A stretch of DNA of 42,766 nucleotides from the NCBI GenBank assembly GCA_964488195.1, contig CAZAUB010000001.1:1-42766 (forward strand). The letters are read 5' to 3'. The notes under the pieces were generated by a model. That model worked only from the letters and a program-made list of their open reading frames with translations. It made no database searches and had not been told where the DNA came from. The stretch comes from an uncultured Methylobacter sp. Its GTDB lineage: Bacteria; Pseudomonadota; Gammaproteobacteria; Methylococcales; Methylomonadaceae. Below are positions 10,142 to 18,254 of the stretch, piece after piece (positions within the stretch are counted from its first letter, which is position 1; each line of letters opens with the position of its first letter). The position numbers and the translations under genes are program-made.

Positions 10142-10767
10142 ATATATTGGCTATCGGTGCACATTTCGATGACGTGGAACTTGGTTGCGGGGGAGCGTTG
10201 GCGCGCCACGCCCAGCAGGGAGATGACGTCTATGTATTTGTCGCTACGGTATCGGGTTTTTCTAATCAGTACAATCAAGCGGTGCGCACCAATGAATCTG
10301 CGCTCGAAGAGGCGCGTAATGCGATGGCGATTTTGGGGGTGAAAGAATTGCTGTGCGGCAATTTCAAGACGCTCGAAGTCGAGTTTGTGGATGTGCTGAA
10401 CATCGAGATTCTCAAGATTGTGCAGGAAAAGAAAATTGATCTGGTCTATACCCATTGGGCGGGAGACATCCACCACGACCATCAGGCTGTCGCCAAGGCT
10501 TCCCTGCACAGTTGCCGCCATGTGCAGAGAATGCTTATGTATCGCAGTAACTGGTATCACTCCACGATGGAATTCCGAGGGAATTTCTATTTTGATATCA
10601 CCGAATTCTGGCCGACCAAAGAGCAGGCGATTCGTGCACACGTCACCGAAGTGGATCGCACCGGTGAAAAATGGATCAGTTTTTTCAGGAACGAAGCAGA
10701 AAATGCCGGGCAAAAGATTGGTGTGCCTATGGCCGAGGTTTTTGAGGTGGTTAAGTTTCTTAACTAA
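10138..10767 (+). CDS. PIG-L/LmbE family N-deacetylase
   Basis: AIGAHFDDVELGCGG and DIHHDH metal-binding motifs; C-terminal AEVF. Confidence 0.88.
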   Translation: MNILAIGAHFDDVELGCGGALARHAQQGDDVYVFVATVSGFSNQYNQAVRTNESALEEARNAMAILGVKELLCGNFKTLEVEFVDVLNIEILKIVQEKKIDLVYTHWAGDIHHDHQAVAKASLHSCRHVQRMLMYRSNWYHSTMEFRGNFYFDITEFWPTKEQAIRAHVTEVDRTGEKWISFFRNEAENAGQKIGVPMAEVFEVVKFLN

Positions 10768-11966
10768 TGAAGACTTTTTTCCGCCTTATAGCAAAAATAA
10801 AGTTTGCAAATCCAAAAGCAAATAAAATTGCGATTCTCTATTCAGATGATTTCTGGCTTAGAAAATTAATTCTAAAAGATATGCTTGCAACAACTTTAAG
10901 TCTTTATCCAGAAGATTATAGAATTTATGTGACGCCTGTGTTGATAGGTCGTACATTGTTACGTTTAAGGTTGATTAATTGGCTTCAGATCCAAAAGAAT
11001 TTTTCCTTTAAAGAATTGTCCCGACAAATTTATGTTCAATATATTTTGGCATGTCTAGATCAAATAAAAGCTAAAGTTGTCCTGACAACAATTGATAATT
11101 CAAGTTTTTTTCATAATTTAAGTCGAATTGATAAAAAAAGGGTCTATTTCGCAATTCAGAATGGTACCAGAACGCTTGCTTGTGTGAGAGACTCGTTACC
11201 TTTACCCCCCCATCAGTTCTCTACCATTTTAATGAGCAATTTTTTTTGCTTTGGTCAAAGAGATATTGACCTGTTTGTTCGACATGGTCATAAAGTGGAT
11301 AATTATTTCCCAGTTGGGTCTTTGATTGGGAGTTATTATAAAAGCGTAGTTTCTGTTCCAAGTGCGAGACCGCAGTTTGATTTATGTCTGATTTCTCAGT
11401 GGCATGAACATTTCTTTAACGAGATAACTGGGGATGATTTTTCGGCGAATGCCTCCAGAAGGATTGGCGCGGGCATAAAGGGTTTGAATTCATTTGTGCT
11501 TCGTCTTTTGGAAGAAGCGGGCTTGAATTTGGTGGTTTGTCTGCGCAATGACCTTGATGACGCAGAGGTGTCTTTTTACAAAGATACTTTTGGGGATAGG
11601 GTGAGAATTGCTGAGTCTGACCGAAAGAATTTTTCTACTTACCGTGTTGCTGAGCAGAGTCGGCTTGTGATTGCGCTGAACTCAACTACACTTGCGGAAC
11701 TTTTTTCTTGGGGCCAGAAAGTGCTCTGGTGCAATGTGCCCAATGATGTCCATTATGAAATGGCAGAGGCCGACATTAGTTATTTTCATGGTGACGACTA
11801 CAATGCATTCAAGGTCCGCGCGTTGATGCTCCTGAAGATGCCTCAAGAAGATTATGAAATCCATACGCGTGATCGAGCCCGCTATATTAATAATTATGAC
11901 CCGACTACCCCCTCCTATGAAATTATTAGGTCGGCTGTAATCGCAAAGTTATCAAGCATAAATTAA
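10767..11966 (+). CDS. Surface carbohydrate biosynthesis protein, putative CMP-nonulosonate transferase
   Basis: IDNS, IQNG, FCFG, PVGS and ALNSTTLAE motifs resemble GT-B surface-polysaccharide transferases; AT-rich 5' part; sits at the end of module 1. Confidence 0.55.
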   Translation: MKTFFRLIAKIKFANPKANKIAILYSDDFWLRKLILKDMLATTLSLYPEDYRIYVTPVLIGRTLLRLRLINWLQIQKNFSFKELSRQIYVQYILACLDQIKAKVVLTTIDNSSFFHNLSRIDKKRVYFAIQNGTRTLACVRDSLPLPPHQFSTILMSNFFCFGQRDIDLFVRHGHKVDNYFPVGSLIGSYYKSVVSVPSARPQFDLCLISQWHEHFFNEITGDDFSANASRRIGAGIKGLNSFVLRLLEEAGLNLVVCLRNDLDDAEVSFYKDTFGDRVRIAESDRKNFSTYRVAEQSRLVIALNSTTLAELFSWGQKVLWCNVPNDVHYEMAEADISYFHGDDYNAFKVRALMLLKMPQEDYEIHTRDRARYINNYDPTTPSYEIIRSAVIAKLSSIN

Positions 11967-11986
11967 TTTAAATTTCGGCTAACTAA

Positions 11987-12985
11987 ATGTTTAACAATAA
12001 ATCTATATTAATCACCGGTGGCACTGGTTCCTTTGGTCACGCTTTTGTGCCAATGACGCTGGCCAAATACAACCCGCGTCGTCTAGTTATCTACTCGCGT
12101 GATGAAATGAAGCAGTGGGAAATGGCCAAGCTTTATGGTAACGACGAACGAGTACGTTTTTTTATCGGGGATGTACGCGATAAGGAACGACTCGCACGTG
12201 CGCTGAATGGTATCGAGTACGTTGTTCACGCGGCCGCCACCAAGATCGTACCGACGGCGGAATACAACCCATTCGAGTGCGTCAAGACTAATGTGATCGG
12301 TGCCATGAACCTTATTGATGCTTGCATCGACCAAGGGGTTAAACGTGTGGTGGCGCTATCGACCGACAAGGCCAGTAGCCCGGCGAATCTGTATGGCGCT
12401 ACCAAGCTTACCTCAGACAAGCTTTTTATTTCGGGCAACTCATACGCGGGCTTTGATGATACCCGTTTTGTCGTGGTGCGTTACGGTAATGTCATGGGCT
12501 CACGAGGTTCGGTGATCCCGTTCTTTTTGTCACTCGCCGACAAAGGGGTGTTACCGATTACCGATGAGCGCATGACCCGCTTCATGATCACCTTGGAGCA
12601 GGGCGTGGATCTCGTTTGGCATGCCTTCGAGGATATGGTCGGCGGCGAAATATATGTGAAGAAGATTCCTTCCATGAAGGTGACAGATATCGCCCGCGCA
12701 ATTGCGCCCGATGCGGGGCATGATATCGTCGGCATCCGCCCTGGTGAAAAGCTTCACGAGCAGATGATTGGGACAGAAGATGCGCTCTATACGTACGAAT
12801 ACTCCGAGCACTTTAAAATTCTTCCGGCCATTCACAATTGGAGCAACGACCCATATCGCATCAAGGATGGCAAGAAGGTGACCGAAGATTTCACTTACTG
12901 CTCGGACAACAACCCAGAATGGATGAGCATTGAAACGCTAAAAGCGTGGATCACGCAAAACCGTGAAAAAGTCGGCAAGATATGA
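11987..12985 (+). CDS. pseB: UDP-N-acetylglucosamine 4,6-dehydratase (inverting)
   Basis: ITGGTGSFG, YSRDEMKQ, FFIGDVRD, AEYNPFE, LSTDKA, YGATK, RYGNVMGSRGSVIP, MTRF and GIRPGEKLHE motifs. Confidence 0.95.
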   Translation: MFNNKSILITGGTGSFGHAFVPMTLAKYNPRRLVIYSRDEMKQWEMAKLYGNDERVRFFIGDVRDKERLARALNGIEYVVHAAATKIVPTAEYNPFECVKTNVIGAMNLIDACIDQGVKRVVALSTDKASSPANLYGATKLTSDKLFISGNSYAGFDDTRFVVVRYGNVMGSRGSVIPFFLSLADKGVLPITDERMTRFMITLEQGVDLVWHAFEDMVGGEIYVKKIPSMKVTDIARAIAPDAGHDIVGIRPGEKLHEQMIGTEDALYTYEYSEHFKILPAIHNWSNDPYRIKDGKKVTEDFTYCSDNNPEWMSIETLKAWITQNREKVGKI

Positions 12986-14151
12986 CGGCAATGATTCCTT
13001 ACGGTCGCCAAGATATTTCCGATGTGGACATACAAGCGGTTGTGGAAGTCCTGCGTTCCGATTACCTAACACAAGGCCCGGCAGTTCCCGCTTTTGAAAA
13101 AAGCCTCGCTGACTATTGCGGTACGCAACATGCTGTTGCCGTGAACAGCGCCACGAGTGCACTGCACGTTGCCTGTTTGGTGCTAGGCGTAGGGCCAAAC
13201 GATGTGGTTTGGACTACCCCGATTACTTTTGTGGCCAGTGCAAATTGTGCCCTCTATTGTGGTGCGGGGATCGATTTCGTGGACATTGATCTGCGTACCT
13301 ACAACATGAGTGTTGAGCGTCTGGCAGAAAAACTGGGACATGCAGAAAAGATCGGCAACCTACCCAAAGTCGTGATTCCCGTGCATCTATGCGGACAGCC
13401 CTGCGATATAACAGGTATTCACCTACTCAGTCAACAATACGGCTTCAAGATTATCGAGGATGCATCACATGCGATTGGTGGCAAATATCGCGGCGAAGCG
13501 ATCGGCAACTGTCGTTACAGTGACATCACTGTATTTAGCTTCCATCCGGTCAAGATCATCACCACGGGTGAAGGGGGCATGGCCATGACTAACGATGCAC
13601 AGTTGGCGAAGCGCATGCAGTTACTGCGCAGTCACGGCATTACCCGTGACGTGAACGAGATGACTCATGCGCTGGATGGGCCTTGGTACTACCAACAAAC
13701 TGATCTTGGCTACAACTACCGTATGACCGACTTGCAGGCTGCATTGGGCCTGAGCCAAATGAAGCGATTGGATGAATTTGTCGCTAAGCGTCACGCCATC
13801 GCCAAGCGATATGATCAGCTTTTGGCTAATCTGCCGGTGATTTTGCCATGGCAGCATGCGGACAGCTATTCCGGTTTGCATCTGTATGTGATTCGTTTGA
13901 ATCTCGGAGAGATTGGCAAAGCACACCGTCAAGTGTTTGAAGCATTGCGTGCAGCAGGCATCGGCGTGAACTTGCACTACATTCCGGTGTATCGGCAGCC
14001 GTACTACGAAGGATTAGGTTTTCAGGTTGGACATTGCCCGGAGGCGGAGCGATATTATACGGAAGCAATTAGCTTACCAATGTATCCCGGATTAACCGAA
14101 GAACAACAGCTTCAAGTGGTGTGCGCATTGGATATGGCAATCCAAGGATGA
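12982..14151 (+). CDS. pseC: UDP-4-amino-4,6-dideoxy-N-acetyl-beta-L-altrosamine transaminase
   Basis: IPYGRQ, LTQGP, NSATSALH, EDASHA, FSFHPVKIITTGEGG, LRSHGI and NYRMTD motifs. Confidence 0.95.
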   Translation: MTAMIPYGRQDISDVDIQAVVEVLRSDYLTQGPAVPAFEKSLADYCGTQHAVAVNSATSALHVACLVLGVGPNDVVWTTPITFVASANCALYCGAGIDFVDIDLRTYNMSVERLAEKLGHAEKIGNLPKVVIPVHLCGQPCDITGIHLLSQQYGFKIIEDASHAIGGKYRGEAIGNCRYSDITVFSFHPVKIITTGEGGMAMTNDAQLAKRMQLLRSHGITRDVNEMTHALDGPWYYQQTDLGYNYRMTDLQAALGLSQMKRLDEFVAKRHAIAKRYDQLLANLPVILPWQHADSYSGLHLYVIRLNLGEIGKAHRQVFEALRAAGIGVNLHYIPVYRQPYYEGLGFQVGHCPEAERYYTEAISLPMYPGLTEEQQLQVVCALDMAIQG

Positions 14152-15017
14152 GATTGGCCCTCGGTGCAGTCCAGTTCGGCATGAACTACGGAATCGCTAA
14201 CCAAGATGGACAAGTTTCTGTTGATGAAGCCAAAGCCATCATTGAGTTTTCACGCGCAAGCGGCATTGACACGCTTGATACCGCGATTGCCTACGGCGAC
14301 AGCGAGAAGCGGTTGGGAGAGGTTGGCATTCAAGATTGGCAGGTTGTGTCAAAGCTGCCAGCCATTCCAGAAAATTGCCGTGACATCACGCAATGGGTTA
14401 CGGATACTGTTAACGAATCCATGCAACGGTTGAAAGTCAAAAATTTATATGGCCTGTTGTTGCACCGACCGCAACAACTTTTAGAGCAAGAGAGCGACCA
14501 GCTCTATCGTGCCTTGCAGCAGCTAAAATACGAAGGCTTAGTACAAAAAATCGGTGTCTCGATTTATGCCCCTTCAGAACTGGATGCACTTTGTAGTCGC
14601 TTTAAGTTCGACCTTGTCCAAGCACCCTTTAATGTTATAGATCGCCGTCTGATTGAAACAGGCTGGTTGACCCGTTTGGCGGAGCAGGGCACGGAATTGC
14701 ATGTGCGTTCGGTTTTTTTGCAGGGTCTGCTTTTAATGAGACCAAGTGATAGGCCTCAAAAATTTGCCCGATGGGACGTCTTTTGGTCAAAATGGGATGA
14801 ATGGCTTGCGCACAATGGGTTGACGCCATTGCAAGCCTGTCTCTGTTACGCCTTGTCATTTCCGCAAATCGGAAAAGTCATCGTCGGTGTCGATAGCTTG
14901 CCGCAGTTGAAAGAGATACTTATGGCTATGGCAGGCCCATCACCGAAAATCCCAGATGGACTAAGTATCAGCGACATTAATTTAGTGAATCCAGCAAATT
15001 GGGCGGCGCTCACCTAA
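14148..15017 (+). CDS. Aldo/keto reductase family oxidoreductase
   Basis: Start MRLALGAVQFG at 14148 (ATGA overlap with pseC); LDTAIAYG, VSKL, LLLH, KIGVSIY and RSVFLQG motifs. Confidence 0.88.
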   Translation: MRLALGAVQFGMNYGIANQDGQVSVDEAKAIIEFSRASGIDTLDTAIAYGDSEKRLGEVGIQDWQVVSKLPAIPENCRDITQWVTDTVNESMQRLKVKNLYGLLLHRPQQLLEQESDQLYRALQQLKYEGLVQKIGVSIYAPSELDALCSRFKFDLVQAPFNVIDRRLIETGWLTRLAEQGTELHVRSVFLQGLLLMRPSDRPQKFARWDVFWSKWDEWLAHNGLTPLQACLCYALSFPQIGKVIVGVDSLPQLKEILMAMAGPSPKIPDGLSISDINLVNPANWAALT

Positions 15018-15065
15018 TCCATAGTCTCTATAAGCAAATCTAGCAAGTAAAACAAGGATACGAAA

Positions 15066-16067
15066 ATGTCTATCGAAATCATCGCCGAACTAGCTCAGGG
15101 GTTTGAAGGTCGCTCAGAGCAGGCTCGCCTGCTGCTGAAAGCGGCGGCGGCGGCAGGAGCTGATGCAGCTAAATACCAACTTGTGTATGCAGATGAATTG
15201 GCTACTCCAGACTATAAGTACTACGAACTTTTTCGTTCTCTTGAAATGACCGATGATGTCTGGAAAGGGTTGGCGACATATGCAGCGGAGTTGGGTATTC
15301 AGTTACATGTAGATATTTTTGGGACGCGCAGCCTACAATTGGCTGAGCGAATTGGTGTGGCGGCCGTGAAGCTTCATGGCACCGATATTGCCAATCTTGG
15401 CCTATTAAACGCGGTTGCAAACAGTTCGATAAAAAGAGTGCTGTTGGGCGCGGGAGGTGCTTTTTACAGTGAACTTCAGCAAGCCATAGATATTCTTTCA
15501 AGCAAAGAGGCGATTGTTCTTCTTGGCTTTCAGGGCTATCCAACCCCTAATGAAACTAACCAAATAGATCGTGTCCGCTTATTGGTGGAGCGCATTGAAC
15601 GCACACATACGAATGTGTCTATCGGGTTTGCTGATCATGCGCCGCCGGAAAGTCCCTTGCGTTATGCTTTAGCAGCAACGGCTATAGGTGCAGGTGCAAA
15701 GGTGCTTGAAAAGCACCTAACCCTGGGACAGGTCATGAAGCTGGAAGACCACGAGTCAGCTCTGAATCCCGATGAATTTTTAGAGTTCACTCAGACCATT
15801 CGGGATTGCGCCCAAGCTTTGGGAGGTGCCGCAGACATCGAGGACTTCGGAATGTCCGAGGCTGAGCATGCTTATCGCAAGATGATTCGTCGGCATGTGG
15901 TATCAAGCCGAGATATTGAAAAGGGTTCAAAAATTGCCCCAGCCGATCTGGTTCTCAAGCGCACATCGTCCGAGCAAGTCATTACAGACTTGGCCTCGGT
16001 TTATGAGAAAACGCTTAAGCGCGAGATTCAACAAAACACACCAATTTTACCTGCCGACATTGATTAA
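15066..16067 (+). CDS. Divergent NeuB-family protein with SAF domain and degenerate PEP-binding motifs
   Basis: IIAE, GADAAKYQ, YPT, GFADH, LEKHLTL, DHESAL and RRHVV are retained; STP, KIxS, STGM and SDH are replaced by VDI, KLHG, GAGG and ADH. Confidence 0.85.
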   Translation: MSIEIIAELAQGFEGRSEQARLLLKAAAAAGADAAKYQLVYADELATPDYKYYELFRSLEMTDDVWKGLATYAAELGIQLHVDIFGTRSLQLAERIGVAAVKLHGTDIANLGLLNAVANSSIKRVLLGAGGAFYSELQQAIDILSSKEAIVLLGFQGYPTPNETNQIDRVRLLVERIERTHTNVSIGFADHAPPESPLRYALAATAIGAGAKVLEKHLTLGQVMKLEDHESALNPDEFLEFTQTIRDCAQALGGAADIEDFGMSEAEHAYRKMIRRHVVSSRDIEKGSKIAPADLVLKRTSSEQVITDLASVYEKTLKREIQQNTPILPADID

Positions 16068-16079
16068 AGTGATTCCATA

Positions 16080-16841
16080 ATGAAAAGACGTCTTGTAGCT
16101 GCCATCGCTTGTCGTAACCAGGGGGCGCGCCTTTACGGCAAGCCGATTCAGAATCTGGATGTAGAAAATGGTGCGCGAATAATTGATAACATTGTTGAAT
16201 GCTTGAGAACAATTGATTGCATTGATGAGATAGTTCTTGGCATTTCAGAGGGTATCGAAAATGATGTGTTTAAAATCATCGCGGAAGAGAAAGGTCTTCG
16301 TTACGTTGTTGGTGACCAAATTGATGTGTTATCGCGGCTTATTAAATGCGGGCAGCTCGCAGGTGCAACCGACATTTTTCGTGTAACCAGTGAATCCCCT
16401 TTTCTTTATTTTGAACCCGTTGAAGAGTTATGGCGTCTTCACCAAGAAGAAAAGGCGGATGCGATTTTCATGGATGATGTTATTGACGGATGCGGATTTG
16501 AAATCATTTCTTTAAAAGCTCTGGAAGAGTCGCACGCAAAGGGCGATAGAAAACATCGCTCCGAACTTTGTACGCTGTATATTCGGGAGCATCATCAGGA
16601 ATTCAAGATCATCAAGCCGGAACCGCCGATTGAACTGGTTCGCAAAGATTTGAGGTTGACAGTAGACAACCCGGAAGATTTGGCAGTATGTCGAATTGTG
16701 TTCGGCGCATTCAAGGGGAAAGCCCCGAGAATTCCGGTTCCTGAAATCGTCAAATATCTAGATGCGAATCCAACGCTGATCGAGCTGATTTCACCTTTTA
16801 CCGAAACCGGGTATGCAACGATGTATCGTTGGGGTGAGTAA
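16080..16841 (+). CDS. Cytidylyltransferase (SpsF-like; likely fills the PseF role)
   Basis: IACRNQGARLYGKP, GDQIDVLSR, RVTSESPF and LRLTVDNPEDL motifs. Confidence 0.83.
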   Translation: MKRRLVAAIACRNQGARLYGKPIQNLDVENGARIIDNIVECLRTIDCIDEIVLGISEGIENDVFKIIAEEKGLRYVVGDQIDVLSRLIKCGQLAGATDIFRVTSESPFLYFEPVEELWRLHQEEKADAIFMDDVIDGCGFEIISLKALEESHAKGDRKHRSELCTLYIREHHQEFKIIKPEPPIELVRKDLRLTVDNPEDLAVCRIVFGAFKGKAPRIPVPEIVKYLDANPTLIELISPFTETGYATMYRWGE

Positions 16842-16867
16842 TAATTCGCAGCAGTCAAAAACATTTC

Positions 16868-18208
16868 ATGGATAAAATGATGAACAAGATAACAAACTAC
16901 CAGAAATCCAAAGAATTTTCAGCGAGAGTTCATGACCTGATACCTGGCGGCGCACATACTTATTCCAAGGGTGATGATCAGTTTCCGCTCAATGCTCCGG
17001 CAGCAATTACCCATGGTAAGGGAGCTCACGTGTGGGATCTTGATTGCAACGAGTTTATTGATTGCAGCATGGGGTTAACATCGGTTTGTATCGGTCACGG
17101 ATATGAGCCTGTCGCACAAGCTGTTTGTGAGGCGGCGTTTGGGGGTACCAATTTCCAGCGACCAGCCGCAATCGAGTTGGAGGCTGCCAAGATATTCCTC
17201 GAAACCGTTCAGTCCGGGGACATGGTGAAGTTTGCTAAAAACGGCTCCACAGTTACGACTGCTGCAGTCAAGCTGGCGCGCGCTTATACCGGACGTAATC
17301 GGGTTGCTATCGCACGCGAACACAATTTCTTTAGTTACGATGACTGGTTCATTGTCACCACGCCCTGTGATCGAGGCATTCCATCCAGAGTGCGCGAGAT
17401 GACTGCGGTGTTTAGTTACAACAACTATGAATCGGTCGAAGCATTGCTTGCCGACAACGACCATGACATCGCCTGCTTGATAATGGAGCCGGTGAAATTC
17501 GAGCCACCCAAGGATGATTTCCTGCATAAGGTTGCGGCTCTGTGCAAGGATCGCGGTGTGCTCTTGATTCTTGATGAGATGATTTCTGGCTTCAAATGGA
17601 GTTTGCAAGGGGCGCACAACTATTACGGGGTCAAACCCGACATGGCGACCTGGGGCAAGGGTATTGCTAATGGGTTTTCGGCCTGTGCACTGACCGGGCG
17701 TGCCGATATCATGGAATTAGGCGGTATCCGGCGTGAAGGGGATGACAAGCTATTTCTGATCTCAACGACTCATGGTGCCGAGACCACAGGTCTTGCTGCC
17801 ATGATTGCCACCATCAGGGAATTCAAACAGCACAATATGATTGAGAGCAACTGGGCGAGGGGCGAGGCCCTAAAGCAGCGTCTTGAACAGATTGTGCACA
17901 ATCATGGGTTGGAAAATTCGTTGCAACTGCTTGGTTATCCCTGTCTATTCGTGTTGGTATGCCGTAATTCCGCAGGTGTGCCGGATGATGCGTACCGAAC
18001 CTTGATGATGCAGGAAATGATTGCGCGGGGCGTATTGTTTCAGGGGATGTTTTATCCTACTTGGTCGCACCAGCAACCGGAGATGGATCATCTTGCCACG
18101 GCCTTTGATGAGTCATGTGCCATATACCGTAACGCTATTGATATCGGTTCTACGGATAACCTGTTGATCGGTCGGCCTGCCAAGCCGGTTTTTCGTAAGA
18201 TAATTTAG
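16868..18208 (+). CDS. Class III PLP aminotransferase (glutamate-1-semialdehyde aminomutase/KdnA-like)
   Basis: IPGGAHTYSKGDDQFP, GKGAHVWD, KFAKNGS, LILDEMISGF and TWGKGIANG (catalytic Lys). Confidence 0.88.
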   Translation: MDKMMNKITNYQKSKEFSARVHDLIPGGAHTYSKGDDQFPLNAPAAITHGKGAHVWDLDCNEFIDCSMGLTSVCIGHGYEPVAQAVCEAAFGGTNFQRPAAIELEAAKIFLETVQSGDMVKFAKNGSTVTTAAVKLARAYTGRNRVAIAREHNFFSYDDWFIVTTPCDRGIPSRVREMTAVFSYNNYESVEALLADNDHDIACLIMEPVKFEPPKDDFLHKVAALCKDRGVLLILDEMISGFKWSLQGAHNYYGVKPDMATWGKGIANGFSACALTGRADIMELGGIRREGDDKLFLISTTHGAETTGLAAMIATIREFKQHNMIESNWARGEALKQRLEQIVHNHGLENSLQLLGYPCLFVLVCRNSAGVPDDAYRTLMMQEMIARGVLFQGMFYPTWSHQQPEMDHLATAFDESCAIYRNAIDIGSTDNLLIGRPAKPVFRKII

Positions 18209-18254
18209 CTTCAAATATCAAGGAACAAAGGGTTAAGGTTTTGGCGTACCTAAT

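Noticed and set aside
15141-15155. GCG repeat encoding poly-Ala in the divergent NeuB
   Set aside because: Short in-frame triplet run in the normal Ala-rich helix before GADA.
16868-18208. Annotation as hemL (tetrapyrrole synthesis)
   Set aside because: The GGAHTYSKGDDQF N-terminus and the sugar-pathway context fit glycan-associated class III aminotransferases better.
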